A stretch of DNA of 64,000 nucleotides from Octopus vulgaris (Eukaryota), in assembly GCA_951406725.2 (NCBI GenBank), contig OX597815.1, forward strand, positions 164,548,001-164,612,000, given 5' to 3'. The notes beneath the pieces are model-generated. The model was given only the letters and a program-made list of their open reading frames with translations. It had not been told where the DNA came from and searched no databases. This document shows, in pieces, positions 38,981-52,771 of this stretch (position 1 is the first letter of the stretch; every line of letters begins with the position of its first letter). The translations under genes were made by a program, and so were the position numbers.

Positions 38981-39589
38981 CTTCGGTTTTAGAGTCTGAC
39001 GAGACGTCTGCGAGGCTCACGCGTTTGTGGATGCTTTAGAGTGTTCTTCTTTTCGAATATACAATACATTGACTATCTATACAGAAAATTCCTGCTGGCT
39101 TTTTGGAATCTGCAGGGCGGCACCACAGCAGGAAACCAATGGTCAAGGCCGAAGGGAAACAATCGTTTACCTTCGTGGTGCTTTTATGACCGCAAGTTGG
39201 CAGCGCGGCCGAAGATCGATGGACAATGACAAAGAGAGATAATCACCTAGGGTTTTACCCTTAAAAACGAGGCTTTTCCCCCTCCATTATTTTAAAAAGG
39301 TCTCAGGCCAGCAGTGTTTGGGGTCTGAAGATACGCAGTAAGGCTAAACCCCTTATGAGCAAGAAACCCAGAATAACCCAATATAAGAATGTTTTTTTTT
39401 AAGTGAAAATTTAAGAAATGGGGAGGGGGTATGAGGTATTAAAATTTTGAAATTCAGATTTTTTTTTCAGATTCGGAATCTTCGGGATCCATATATTGGG
39501 TTCCTGTAAAAAAAAGAAACCAAAAAAACATCCCAAAGAGGGTGCGGTCCTTTGTCTTTACCTCCGTCATAAGTGGATGTAGTAAAAAG

Positions 39590-41775
39590 ATAAGCAATGG
39601 AAGCAGCTGGACCTCGTGGTGTACAGGGATTTTGGATAAAAAAAAGTTCAGTAGTTGACATAAATTGATCACAGAGCAGTTTAATGCATTGATCAATGGA
39701 GAAGAAATCCCAGGCTGGTTAAGAAAAGGACGAATGGTGTTGTGTCTGAAGGATGCATTAAAGAGAAATGTTGCTGACAATTACAGACCAATTTCCTGCC
39801 TCCCGTTAATGTGGAAGTTACTGTCAGGAGGAATTGCAGAAGAATTGTATAAATTTCTTGATGAGAGATGTATTACCGACGGAACAAAAAGGCTGTAGAA
39901 GGAGATGCAGAGGTACCAAAGATCAACTATTGATAGACAAAATGGTAACGCAAGATTGTAAACGAAGGAGAACAAATCTGGGAATGGCCTGGATTGACTA
40001 TCACAAAACTTATGATATGATTCCACATTCGTGTATCATCGAGTGCTTAGATCTATTTAGAATTGCGAGGAATGAAGCGTGTTTCCTGAATAGAAGTATG
40101 GTGGGATGGAAAACTGAACTGACATCATACGGAAAAAGCCTGGGCACCCGGTGTACCAGAAGAGGGATTTCTCTGCATGATACCTCTGACTTTGGTACTT
40201 AGGAAAATGTACCTCAGGTACTAACTAAAGAGAAAACCTCAAACAATCAACCACCTCCTCTTCGTGGATGACTTGAAACTGTATGGCAAAAGATAAGATA
40301 CAAATGAATTCTTTGGTGAACAAGGTCTACTGTTTTAGTATTTATATTAGATTGAAATTTGGACTCAAGAAGTGCGGAATAATCTACCTAAAAATAGGCA
40401 AAGTACACTCCCTAGCAGGGGTAGAATTACCGAACAGAGACTTTATTAAGCAAATTGAAACGGAAGCATACAAATGACTTTATATGCTGGAGTTGAACGA
40501 CATAATGGAAAAGGAAATGAAAGAGCAACTGAGGATGGAGTATTTCCGAAGACTGAGGTTGGTGTTGCGCTCAAAATTGACTGGATGGAATACAATCCAA
40601 TCAGTTAATACGTGGGCGATAGCATCACTTCGCTATGGAGTGGGAATTATGAAGTGGCAAAAGAAGGAAGTGAAGAAAATGGATACCAAGACCAGAAAAA
40701 TGTTGACAGTACACGGAGACTTTCACCCAAAGAGTGACACTGATAAGCTGTACTTGTCCAGATGAAAGAGTGGGAGAGACTTGATCAGTTGCCAGGACAG
40801 TATCGAAGGAGACGAAAACAGCTTATGGTGGTATATAAAAAATGCTGTGGAGTCACTGTTGAAACACGAAGAAGGCTGGCGTCATCAAAAGTGAAAGTTA
40901 TGTAACTAGAGAAAAATTTAAACAAAAAATGAACAAAAAAAAAAGAAAAAATGTGCGGAAGGAAAAGAAAATGTACGGTCAAGACAGATATAGCGGACCG
41001 GTGGTTATGGATGAGGAGGAGTGGCCTGAAAATAGAGACAGAAGCATTCATATGCGCAGCTCAGGAACAAGCGTTAAGGGCCAACTTTATGAAGTACAGA
41101 ATAGACAACACTACCGATAGTGACAATTGCAGAATGTGTGGTGAGAGGGGTGAAACGGTATGGCACATCGTTAGCAAATGTCCGAAATTGGCACAACACG
41201 AATACAAAAGATGCCATGACAATGTGGTAAGAATGATCCATTGGGAACTCTGTGGAAATCACGGCCTACAAAGAGCAAAGACGTGGTATCAGCAAACTCC
41301 AGGAGTCACCGAAAATGAGAAATGCAAAATCCTGTGGGATGCAATAATCCAGTGCGATCAGCTGACCAGACATCGAAACCGGACATTGTTGTGGTGAATT
41401 AAAAAGAAAGAACATGTATGATAATTGACACAGCATACCTTGGTGACAACAGGATCAATGTGAAAGGCGAAGAAAAAACAAACACCTATGACGATTTAAA
41501 ATGAGAAAAACGAAGATTGTGGTCAATGAGGAGAGTAGACATGATACCAATAGTAATTGGTGCACTTGGAAGTATCAGCACTCAACTACCAGCATGGTTG
41601 AAAAAGATCGTTGCAAGTGTGAAAGTAGAACACCTACAAAAATTAGCATTGCTTGGAACCGCAAGAATTCTTCGCAGGGTTCTTGAAGCAAGACCAGTAA
41701 ACAAGTGTCACCTTAGTCTGCTGTCTGTGGACAGCTGACACTTTCCATCATACCCAGCAAAATAAGTGAGTTTTC

Positions 41776-41823
<48 letters not shown>
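39590..41823 (+). mobile_element. R4/Dong-clade RLE LINE (RT, zinc knuckle, endonuclease), 5'-truncated, decayed
   Basis: [72 protein letters not shown]. (TAA)n tail at 41778-41823. Confidence 0.93.
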
Positions 41824-41824
<1 letters not shown>

Positions 41825-42013
41825 CCTTTTTATTATAGGCACAATGTCAGCAATTTTAGGGAAAGGAGTTAGTCGATTACATTGACATTAACAAAGTTTA
41901 ACTGGTTTTTATTTTATCGATCCCACAAGAATGAAAGGCAAAGTCGACCTTGGCGGAATTTGAACTCAGCATTTCGCCCGGTGTGCTAACGATTCTGCCT
42001 GCTCGCCGCCTTA

Positions 42014-42195
<182 letters not shown>

Positions 42196-42614
42196 CCTTT
42201 CTACTAAAGGCACAAGGCCTGAAATTTTTTCGGGGGTGGGGGGGTACTAGTTGAGTACATGGACTCCAGTGTTTCACTGGTAGTTAATTTATTGACTCCA
42301 AAAGGATGAAATGCAAATAATAAGAAGAATTTACGCGCACGCACGCATATAATTATATAGTGCGATTTAAATTTAAATTACATTGCAAAGAACTGATATT
42401 TAGAACACTATACACATTCTAGTATATCAGTTGAGACAACATGTTCTATAGTGCAAGTGTCTTTCCACTGACTGCCATTGTTCGAAAGACGAAGAAGCAC
42501 ATATAGAAAAAAAGAGCAGTTTTTTTTTTTCCTTCAGATTTTTTTTTTTTTTTTGCTTTTGCTTTGTTTTTTGTGGGGAGGGGGGTCTTTGTTATTGACT
42601 TCTTTCAGTCATTA

Positions 42615-42647
42615 GAAAGACAGACAGACAGACAGAGAGGGGGGAGG

Positions 42648-42683
<36 letters not shown>

Positions 42684-42895
42684 CAGACGGACGGATAGAG
42701 AGACAGACAGTCGGACAGACAGAGAAACAAACAGACAGTCAGACAGACAAACAGACAGAGAGATAGACAGACAGACAGATACAGGCAAACAGATACACAG
42801 ACAGACAGACAGATACAGGCAAACAGATACACAGACAGACAGACAGATACAGGCAAACAGATACACAGACAGACAGACAGACAGACAGACAGATA
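42615..42895. repeat. (GATA)n/(GACA)n tract with higher-order units containing GATACAGGCAAACAGATACACA
   Basis: Unit seen three times. Confidence 0.9.
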
Positions 42896-42995
42896 TGCAC
42901 TTCATTTTTTTTTATACGAGTTTAACTTCTAGAAAGAAGGTCTAACGAAAACTACAGGATCTTTCATTACTAGCTGTCAATACATTAGTTACATA

Positions 42996-44230
42996 CAAGG
43001 TGTCCCGAAATTAAGGCAACCGAAGTTTCGGGTTTTAATAACTATCTATAAATGTAACAAGATATGAAAATTATACATCATTATAAAAGCTTAGTGTGTC
43101 TTCTTTTTGTTTCAGACTAAATAAATTCGGATTTATAAATTAGATAATGGCTTTAGACCGAAATACAATCATAGCCCTCCACAAAAGAGGCGAAAGTAAT
43201 ACAGCTATAGCAAAATGCTTAAAATTAACAGAACAACAGTCTGGAAAATTGTCAAGCAATTTCAAGAGACTGGTTCCACTACTGATCGACCTGGACGTGG
43301 CCAAAAAAGAAGAGTGTGGACCCTTCAGTTTATCAAAAGTACCAGGTAAAAGAAACGACGAAATCCTCGTCGTTCCGTCAGAAAATGGCTATCACAGCAA
43401 AAATAAGCCGAGCATCGGTGTATTGATTGCTGAAGGAGGATCTCAGGACCCGCCCCTACAAGATTCACTGTTATGAGCACACTCAAGTTTATAAGGCCAT
43501 GAGACCGGAGAAAAGTCGTCTTATTCTGTGTCAGATTGCTGAAGGCACACTGCCTAACCTGGTGTTCACTGGTGAAAAGAAGTTTGACATCGAACAGACA
43601 GTAAATCACTCAAATGACCGACTTTAGTGTGCATCTGGCTTGTAAATCAACGTCAAAATCTATAGTTAGTTATGGTTTGGGTGTCTGTGACAGCCACTGA
43701 AAGGTCTCCCCTCGTTTTTGTGCCCTCGGGTGTTAAAATCGTTGGTGACATTCTGGAAGCTGAGCTGTTTCCATGGGTGAATGAGAATTTTCAAGACGCA
43801 CCTTAAAGCCTTCAACAGGATTCAACACCATCCCACAGCCTCCAAACAAACACAACACAGGATTCAGAAATACATTCCGTCGTTCATAGGCAAGGATGTA
43901 TGGCCCTCAAGAAGCTCTGATCCCAACCCGTTGAACTTTTCTGTTTGGCCCATTTTAGAGACGAGGGTCTCGAGCACGCCTCACGCTTTGCTCGACGCTC
44001 TGACAAAACTCCGCCAGGAATGGGCTTCGATTACACAAGAACGGCTGCGTGTCGTGTGTGAAGACTTAATGGTTCTGATTCGAACAGAGGTGGTCATATC
44101 GAATAAATCCGGTAGAGTCAGAATTGTGTTTCCTTTAGCATTGCATTGCTACGCTCGGATCCGAAATATTACAATATTTTACTTTGGCATAATTGAAAAA
44201 AGTTGGTTTCTTTAATTTTTGGACACCCTA
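42996..44230 (+). mobile_element. Decayed maT (DD37D-type) Tc1/mariner transposon
   Basis: Imperfect TIRs CAAGGTGTCCCGAAATTAAG / TTTAATTTTTGGACACCCTA. MALDRNTIIALHKRGES, VFTGEKKF..NDR, FQQDSTPSH, WPSRSSDPNPLNFSVW. Confidence 0.85.
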
Positions 44231-44309
44231 TTTATACATTCAAACATGCACATATATAATAGATAAATATATACGTTGTTATATTTCGGGATAGTAATTT
44301 TCCTCTCAA

Positions 44310-45130
44310 ATATGATGAGGATAGGTCAATTTATGTCAGAAAAAGCAGAAGAAAATCGTTTCACCAAAACTAAAAGGCTCTTAAACAAACTGAAAAATCC
44401 AGTAGGAGATTTGGTTTTTCTCAGACGAGAAAATCTTCGACTAAGATTATAAAGTTAACGGAAGAAATGACAGATGGTTACATGCAGACTCTTCCGAAGC
44501 CCATTCCTGGCGCAGTTTTGTTTTCAGTGCGTCGAGCGAAGCTTGAGGAGTGCTCAAGACCCTCGTCTCCAAAATGGACCAAACAGAAATGTCCTGCAAC
44601 TGACATGGTCTTAGGGGTTGTCAGAAATGAAGGACATGTGATGCCTCCTTACTTCTTCCCACAAGGCCTTAGAGTTAACGCTGTCGCCTACATTGATGTC
44701 TTGGAAACGGTTGTTAAGCCCTGCACAGAGAGTATACACAATGAATGGAAGGTCATATGTGTTTCAGAAAGACTCTGCACCATTACACAAAGCTCAAGTA
44801 ACGCAGGAATGGATGGCTGAAAACTTTCATGATCACATAACCCCCAACATTTAGCCTCCTAATTCCCCAGATCTTAATCCATTGGACTATTACATGTGGA
44901 GCGTTATTGAGAGAGAGGTCAATGAACACGCCCATAACACCAAAGATTCTTTGAAATACGCCATAGTCTGAGTAATGTCTAAAATGAACCAGGACCACAT
45001 GATTCGAGTATGTAGACGATTTAGATCTTGTATAGAAGCAGTTATTGAAGTTGAAGGCAGCTTCATTGAATAACATTATTTTTAAAATGGTTTATTTTTA
45101 TCCTCAAAGAATTTTTAATAATAAAGTTAC
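44310..45130 (+). mobile_element. Second maT-type transposase fragment (different family)
   Basis: FFSDEKIF..NDRWL, VLGVVRNEGHVMPPYFF, FQKDSAPLH, PPNSPDLNPLDYYMWSVIE. Confidence 0.85.
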
Positions 45131-45134
45131 CATA

Positions 45135-45537
45135 GGCGTAGGAGTGGCTGTGTGGTAAGTAGCTTGCTTACGAACCACATGGTTCTGGGTTCATTCCCAC
45201 TGCGTGGCACCTTGGGCAGGTGTCTTCTACTATAGCCTCGGGCCGACCAAAGCCTTGTGAATGGATTTAATAGACGGAAACTGAAAGAAGCACGTCATAT
45301 ATATATATATGTATGTATGTGTGTGTATATGTTTGTGTGTCTGTGTTAGTCCCCCACCCAACATCGCTTGACAACCGATGCTGGTGTTTCTGTCCCCGTA
45401 ACTTAGCGGTTCGGCAAAAGAGACCGATAGAATAAGTACTAGGCTTACAAAGAATATGTCCTGGGGTCGATTTGCTCGACTAAAAGGCGGTGCTCCAGTA
45501 TGGCCACAGTCAAATGACTGAAACAAGTAAAAGAGTA
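45135..45537 (+). mobile_element. SINE family B, full length
   Basis: Complete head, core and tail. Confidence 0.9.
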
Positions 45538-46362
45538 TCTCTTATTACGTATCTGCTTTTTTATAAACATAAATCTGCCCTCAAATATCTTAAGCACTCT
45601 GTGTGTCCGTGTCTGCATGTGGTAAATATACATGTATTTATGTATGTAGGTTTGTATATGTAAGAGAATGTACGCTTTTACGTAATCAAAATAAACAGTA
45701 CTCCAGACAAAAGCAGGAAAATTAATTGGTTCAGTACTTTCTGAACAAGTATAAATACCGCTTTAACAAGGTCAGCAATTTCGGAGCAGCAGGAATAAGT
45801 CGATTACATCGACTCCAGTGCTCAACTGGCACTTATTTTACCGACATTGGCGGAATCTGAACTCAGAACGTAAACACAAACGAAATGCCGCTAAGCAATT
45901 TGACCGGCGTCCCAACAATCTGGTAGGTCGCCGCCTTATGAACAAGCATTAAGACATCAACCGTTACTTTATTGCTGAAAGCGTGTCAAGATTTAAAATT
46001 TTCACAAAAGATAAAAATAAACGTCTGCCACAGCGTTGTAATGTAGTTTTCAGGCTGCGCCAAGCATAACATCCTTGTCTTTGAAACATCCTTTCCCCTA
46101 CTGTAATTTCACCAACCCGCAGAGAGGTCGACTTGCGCACCCTGCGGTACGCTACGCTACACTACAGTATTTTATTGCATTACATTTCAAACATGTCGCG
46201 ACAGTGTGGGGTACGCGTGGACGTGAGAGATGCGTGGACGTGAGGGTGTGGGAGTGCGTGCGTGCGTAGGCGCGCGCGCGTACGTGTGCGCCTGCATGCG
46301 TGTGCATGAGTGTACGTGTATGTGTGTGTGTGTGGGCACGTGCGCTGGTATTTGGCCAAGTT

Positions 46363-46600
46363 TAAGGCGGCGAGCTGGCAGTAACGTTAGCACACCGGGC
46401 GAAATGCGTAGCCGTATTTCGTCTTCCGTTACGTTCTGAGTTCAAATTCCGCCTAGGTCGACTTTACCTTTCATCCTTTCGGGGTCGATTAAATAAGTAC
46501 CAGTTACGCACTGGGGTCGATATAATCGACTAAATCCCTTTGTCTGTCCTTGTTTGTCCTTTCTGTGTTTAGCCCCTTGTGGGTAGTAAAGAAATAGGTA
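46363..46600 (+). mobile_element. SINE family A, full length, alternative tail
   Basis: AAGGCGGCGAGCTGGCAG..GAGTTCAAATTCC..TTTGTCTGTCCTTGTTTGTCC..GGGTAGTAAAGAAATA. Confidence 0.9.
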
Positions 46601-46614
46601 TTTGGGCAAGTAAA

Positions 46615-46858
46615 TGTGAGATCGTAAGATCGCCAGTTCAATTCCCAGCGGCGATTTGTGCCCTTGAGCAAGACACTTTATTTCACGTTGCTCCAGTCCA
46701 CTCAGCTGTATTTCACATTTTGCGTCATGCCTGAATCTCCCAGAGAACTTCCTTAAAGGTACATGTGTCCGTGGAGTTCTCAGCTACACGCATGTTGCTT
46801 TCACAAGCAGGTTATTCCGTTGATCGGATCAACTGAAACCCTTATCGTAAGTGACCCA
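46615..46858 (+). mobile_element. CORE-like SINE sharing its 3' tail with the 30395-30783 element
   Basis: CCCTTGAGCAAGACACTTTA core; tail TTCCGTTGATCGGATCAACTGAAACCCT. Confidence 0.6.
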
Positions 46859-46964
46859 GTGTCAATTATCTGGCCAAGCAGACAACTCGTTCCAGAATCA
46901 TACAGTCGATCCTTCGGTGAAGCATCTTGAACAACTGTACATGCATTTTTATGCTTACATATAT

Positions 46965-47138
46965 GTGGGCGTGGTAAGAAGTTTGTTTCCCATTTACATG
47001 GTTCTGGGTTCAGTCCCATTGCGTGACAGCTTCGGCAAGTGACTTCTATTATTGCCTCGAGCTGTTCAAAGCCTTCTCAGAGGATTTGGTTTTCGCAAAC
47101 TGAAAAAGCTCGCCGTGTGTGTGTGTATATATACATAC

Positions 47139-47170
<32 letters not shown>

Positions 47171-47193
47171 ATGTGTATATATGTGTGTGTGTG

Positions 47194-47286
<93 letters not shown>

Positions 47287-47751
47287 TTATACATATATTC
47301 ATATATATATATACATACTTATACATATATTCATATATATATATTCTTTTATTCTTTTACTTGTTTCAGTCATTTGACTGTGGCCATGCTGGAGCACCGC
47401 CTTTAGTCGAGCAAATCGACCAAGAGACTTATTCTTTTGTAAGCCCAGTACTTATTCTATCGGTCTCTTTTACCGAACCGCTAAGTGACGGGGACATATA
47501 TATATATATACATATATGTATATGTCTATGTATGTATGTATGTATGTATGTATGTATGTATGTATGTATGTATGTATGTGTGTAGTTATGGTCGTATCAT
47601 AGAGTTACCCAGGGTTTCGCGTCGTCCATAAAGAGCTTGGCTTTACATACGTCTCGTCATAACCCTAATGGCCATAACTGTCTTTATCTAAATGCTCTAC
47701 TGCTGTATAATTTAGAGTGTGCTTCTCTTTCGGATTTATAATTTACTTACG

Positions 47752-47811
<60 letters not shown>

Positions 47812-48249
47812 TGTTTGTCTCCCACCACCTTTCGACAATCGGTGTTTGTTTGGTTTCGTCCCCGTAAGTTGGCGGTTCGGCAAAACAGATCGAAAGAATA
47901 CGTAGCAGGCTTTCAAAAATAAGTACCTGGGTCTGTTTGATCAACAAAACCAGTGACACTCAGCTATCTTTCAATTTTTTTTTTTTTTTTGCTTATGGAC
48001 CCCTTTTGGTTACTATTTTATTCAGGTGGACCGTCGAAGTCAGTCGATATTTTGAAAATATCCTTATTATATTTTATATAATTAAATATTATTAGGAATT
48101 GTATTAAAAAAATTGTTAAAATATTTTATGAATTGTATAAGAAGTATAACCAGCTTATTGTACATCAATTTTAACAACAAAATCTTAAATAGATCCAAGA
48201 GGCCATGTGGAGAACCACATGAAGTGGAGCCCAAGTGTAGACTCACACA

Positions 48250-48294
<45 letters not shown>

Positions 48295-48925
48295 ACACAC
48301 ACTCACACACTCACACATACACACACACACACTCATATACTATTTTACTTGTTTCAGTCATTTCACTGCAGCCATGCTGTTGCACCGCCTTTAAGTCAAG
48401 CAAATCGACCCCAGGACTTATTCTTTGTAAGCCTAATACTTATTCTATCGGTCTATCGAACAGCTAAGTTACGGGACGTAAACACACTAGCATCGGTTGT
48501 CAAGCGATGTTGGGGGGGGACAAACACAAACACATAAACACACACACACACACACACACAAATACACACACATATATATACAAATATACGACGGGCTTCT
48601 TTCAGTTTCCGTCTACCAAATCCATTCACAAGTCTTTGGTCGGCCCGAGGCTATAGTAGAAGACACCTGCCCAAGGTGCCACGCAGTGGGAATGAACCCG
48701 GAACCATGTGGTTGGTAAGCAATCTACTTAACACAGAGCCATTCCTGCGCCTATTCTTTTATTTTTGTACTTGTTTCAGACATTAGACTGCGGCCATGCT
48801 GGAGCACCGCCTTCGAGGGTTTTTAGTCTAAGAAATCGACCCCGGGACTTATTCTTTGTAAGCCTAGTCCTTATTCTATCGGTATCTTTCTGCTGAACCA
48901 CTAGTTAACGAGGATGTAAACACAC
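46965..48925. mobile_element. Cluster of family B SINE copies and fragments in both orientations, with TA/GT microsatellites
   Basis: Copies at about 46965-47115(+), 47344-47495(-), 47810-47945(+), 48340-48755(-), 48755-48925(-). Confidence 0.75.
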
Positions 48926-48932
48926 TGTGTTC

Positions 48933-48968
48933 CTTTCTGTGGAAGAGCGTAGGCTCGAAACGTTAAAG
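48933..48968 (+). ncRNA. Minimal type I hammerhead-like motif with variant core
   Basis: CUUU-CUGUGGA-A-GAGC(GUAG)GCUC-GAAAC-GUU-AAAG; stems I and II pair, core has U instead of A6. Confidence 0.45.
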
Positions 48969-49053
48969 ACTTTTTCACTTCCCGAGCGTTAAATTAATAC
49001 ATCTGTTTTTTGTCTACACCACTTGTCTCCGTCTTTTGGTTTGTTTTTTTTTT

Positions 49054-49779
49054 GCATACCTACACGTGTGCCCCCAATCCAACTTTGTTTCCTCATAACT
49101 CTCAGGAAAATGGATATTTTTTAATGAAATCTTCTATAAATAAGCTTCGATGGTGTACATTATGTTTATATTGGAGTTTTTTGTTAAAATCTCTTTCTCA
49201 AGAGTGAAGTAAAGATTTTCGGAAAATTCACACGAGTTGACTTTGTTTCCTCATAACTTTCAGAAAAATGAGTAATTTTGTTATGAAAGTTTCTACAAAT
49301 ATCTCTCAGGATGTGTAGATTACGATTCAGTTGGAATTTGATATGACAAGAAAAAATTGGTGAACGCGCACACAAATATACTGACATACATCATGTGTAT
49401 CTACAAAATTAAACTTGAAATTTCGAAAAAATATTGCGATGCGTGTCAATATGCATGCGTACGAGTACTCTTCTTTTTTTTTTTTTTTCATTAAAAAAAA
49501 ATATATATATAATCATAATCTACACACTCTGAAAGGTATTTGTAGAAAGTTTCATTAAAAATTACCCATTTCTCTGAAAGAAATGAGGTAATAAGCCTAC
49601 TCGTGTAAATTTTCCGAAATACTTCTTGCCACTGTCGGAAACTTTTTCACAACAAATTCCGATATAATTAGACTATATACTATCTAAAGAGTATTTCCAG
49701 AAAATTTCATTTAAAAATATCTAATTTTCTGGAAGTTATAAGGAAACAAAACGGTGGGGCACATTTGTGTAGGTATGCC
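49054..49779. mobile_element. Foldback-type DNA transposon, same family as 6210-6912
   Basis: TIRs GCATACCTACAC..TGTGCCCC / GGGGCACA..TGTGTAGGTATGCC and the same 2+2 internal subrepeats. No TSD visible. Confidence 0.75.
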
Positions 49780-49996
49780 TAAACATATAATGCGGTGTAT
49801 GTGAGTGTGAAAGAGAGAGAGAGAGAGCATGTGTTCATTGGTGAGCGAAATACGATGTATAGCAATAAAAAAATTGGTTTACTATTAGAAAGTTCACCAA
49901 ATGAAACTTCTTGTACTAACTGCTTCGTTACACACAGACTATATAGATATAAATAAAAAGCAGTCGAATTCAACATTAATATTATAACTGACTTAC

Positions 49997-50046
49997 CTTA
50001 CAAGCTGTACCACCATGAAGTAAAGCCATACTTTTAAGAGTACCAT
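49997..50046 (-). CDS. Exon 1 (signal peptide) of a complement C3-like thioester-containing protein gene
   Basis: Minus strand aaacATGG start at 50046 encodes MVLLKVWLYFMVVQLV plus AG, then a perfect donor GTAAGT (49996-49991). 50 nt gives phase 2, matching the phase-2 acceptor of exon 2 (joined codon AG|C = Ser). Hydrophobic leader, with TATA/Inr directly upstream. Confidence 0.75.
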
Positions 50047-50064
50047 GTTTGTTGTGTGCGTATT

Positions 50065-50100
50065 GAAATGAAAAACGAACCTCTGCTTCGATTTTATATA
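50065..50100 (-). promoter_or_regulatory. TATA box plus initiator of the C3-like gene
   Basis: Minus strand TATATAAAAT (50100-50091) and TCATTTC (50071-50065). The Inr A at 50069 lies 29 nt from the T of TATAAAA and 23 nt upstream of the ATG. Confidence 0.6.
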
Positions 50101-51354
50101 TACCGCCGTATCCATTTCATACATGTGATATACATGCCGCTTACGAAAACATGTCAATCCGCTCACGTTTATACTTTAAAAATAAAGAACGCATGCATGA
50201 AAATCATGTTCTCATGAATATCAAATTCTTAAAGAAACAAATTAACATGTTTTGTATTTTGCTTACAATCCAAGTTTAGTGAATGCTACACAGCGGAAAT
50301 TACGGCATTTTACGCAATTAGGTTTTTTTTATATTTTTTAATGTTGACAAAAAAGTAAACACTAGTTTACTACCATTTAACCGAATTACCCCAACATTGA
50401 ATGGGAGTGTCTGCTGGAAATTTTGTATAGAAATGTTATTTTTGGCAAACGAACAACTTGTTGTTTTTACTTTTTTTATAGCATTTATCTACACGCAAAG
50501 TAATTAATGCTATTATCTATTGATCAGAAATTGAGACATTTTTTTTTAATGCTGTTTTTCCTTTTGTCAATTTTGCACATTTAATCTTAAAAATTACTAC
50601 GTTGTAAGTTGGACGATAGATTGAAAACGTAACAAAATAAAGAGGGAGAGGAAGAAGAAAATTGTTGTTATTTACAATTCTTCATGTAAAGAAAAATAGT
50701 GGTCTGTTGTAGTATGCGTAGTCTACGCTCTAAAATGACCTTATGAGTTAGGATTCGGGTTAGAGTGAAGATTAGGCCTGAGCTGCACGCTTAAATGCAT
50801 ATAGCGAGGTAGACTGCACGTCGGTTACGAGGATGGGGGTTACCAGTTGATCCGGTCGACGAGGCAGCGTACTCGTGAAATTAAAGTGCAAGTTGCTGAC
50901 CACTCCACAGACACGCATACCATTAATGTAGTTCTTAGAGAGATTCAGAATGCCACAGAGTACCTAACCACTAAAACATGCGCCTTCACGGCCGAGTGAC
51001 ACTGAAAAATTTACGTTGATGTTCCTTATTTTCATTTATTTATTTAATTATCTGTTAATAAAAGGGTCGTTACAGCAAAAAGAAAAAAAAAATGAGAGAA
51101 TAACAGGTGGTGGGGGAGAAAGAAAAAGGGGTAAAGAAGAAAAAAAAAACTGAAAATTTGAGAGAGAAAGGCGGGAAATAGACAGAGGTAGACAGAGTGA
51201 AATGATGGCGTTCCAAAAAGTATGTAACGAAAGTTGGATACTTCGTTCAGCTTGCGAAACGTACACATATAAAAACGCACACATAAAATTACGTGTATAT
51301 CTACATAAATACAAACATACATACAAATACAGACACATATACACACGCATACAA

Positions 51355-51392
<38 letters not shown>

Positions 51393-51642
51393 ATAAAAAT
51401 GGTAAGACAACAAAAGAAAGAGACCTCGATATTATGTAAATAGAGGAATTTCCACCTCGATCTGGCCAGCCCCAAAGGAAAATCTAAGCCAAGCGCATTA
51501 GATTCCTTGGAAAAAAGCCTCGAATGTATACAAAACAAGGACGGAAAAACGGGCGATGTTACACGAATAAGAATACAAAAATACGTAAAAACAATAATAA
51601 TAATAAAAACAAAAACAGGACGTCAAGGCGTCTTTTCGACAG

Positions 51643-51676
<34 letters not shown>

Positions 51677-51740
51677 TGCTAACAGGACGTCACACCCTCT
51701 GAAAAGATCTCAGGCGTCTTTATACGTCTCGCTTTTACAG

Positions 51741-51797
<57 letters not shown>

Positions 51798-52620
51798 ATT
51801 AACATATTATACGACTAAACGCACGCACCCTATTAAGTAAGATTGTTCTGTTTATCAAGTTCGCCTTGATATTAACTCTCACGCACTCTGCATCTTTCTT
51901 TCTTTCTCTCCCATTCCCTTTTTCGTCTTTTTTCCCTCACTTAACTTGTCTCTTCCTCTTTCTCTCCCCCTCACTGTTCTTCATGGTCTCCTCGCACCAT
52001 TCCCTTCCTTCTCTCTCTTCCTCTTGCTCCTCCTCCCCATTCCCGTCGTCCATCTGCGACGTACTTCCGTCGTAACTGCTATCCCGTCCTTTCTCGCCTG
52101 CCTTCTAAGGCCACTGGTCGACATCTTCCTCTCTCGTCGTCCACTATAATCCAGCGTTGCAATACTTTTTCGTCTGGCGTTAACAGCCCTTCTTATCTTG
52201 TTCTCCTTGTCCTGTCTCTCACTGTTATATATTTATTTTCCACTGTTTATATATATATATTTTTACTGTTTATATGTTTGTACTGTCGTTACCGTCTTGC
52301 TTTTTTACCCTCTGCGAAAAGATCTCAGAATTTTAATTGATTTGCTTTTCGCAGGAAGGAATTTTTCATTCGAAGTATACGTCTCGCTTTTATCCTTCGA
52401 AACGTTTAGTAGATGAAACTTTAGAAAGAAGGGATTTTTCGTTGTGCTTATTGTCCTGTATCTCCTTTTTTTTTGCCTGTCTTGTTCCTTGGTTTGTGTC
52501 TATGTTTTTCGTCTCTCTATGTGTTCGATCTTTTTGTGTCCTGTACACATATATGCGTGTATATGTACATGTAGAGGTAGGTACGTACATATATGTTTAT
52601 ATATATGCATATATTTTATT

Positions 52621-52678
<58 letters not shown>

Positions 52679-52704
52679 TACATATATATATATGTAGTAG
52701 AAGC

Positions 52705-52709
52705 TTGTC

Positions 52710-52771
<62 letters not shown>

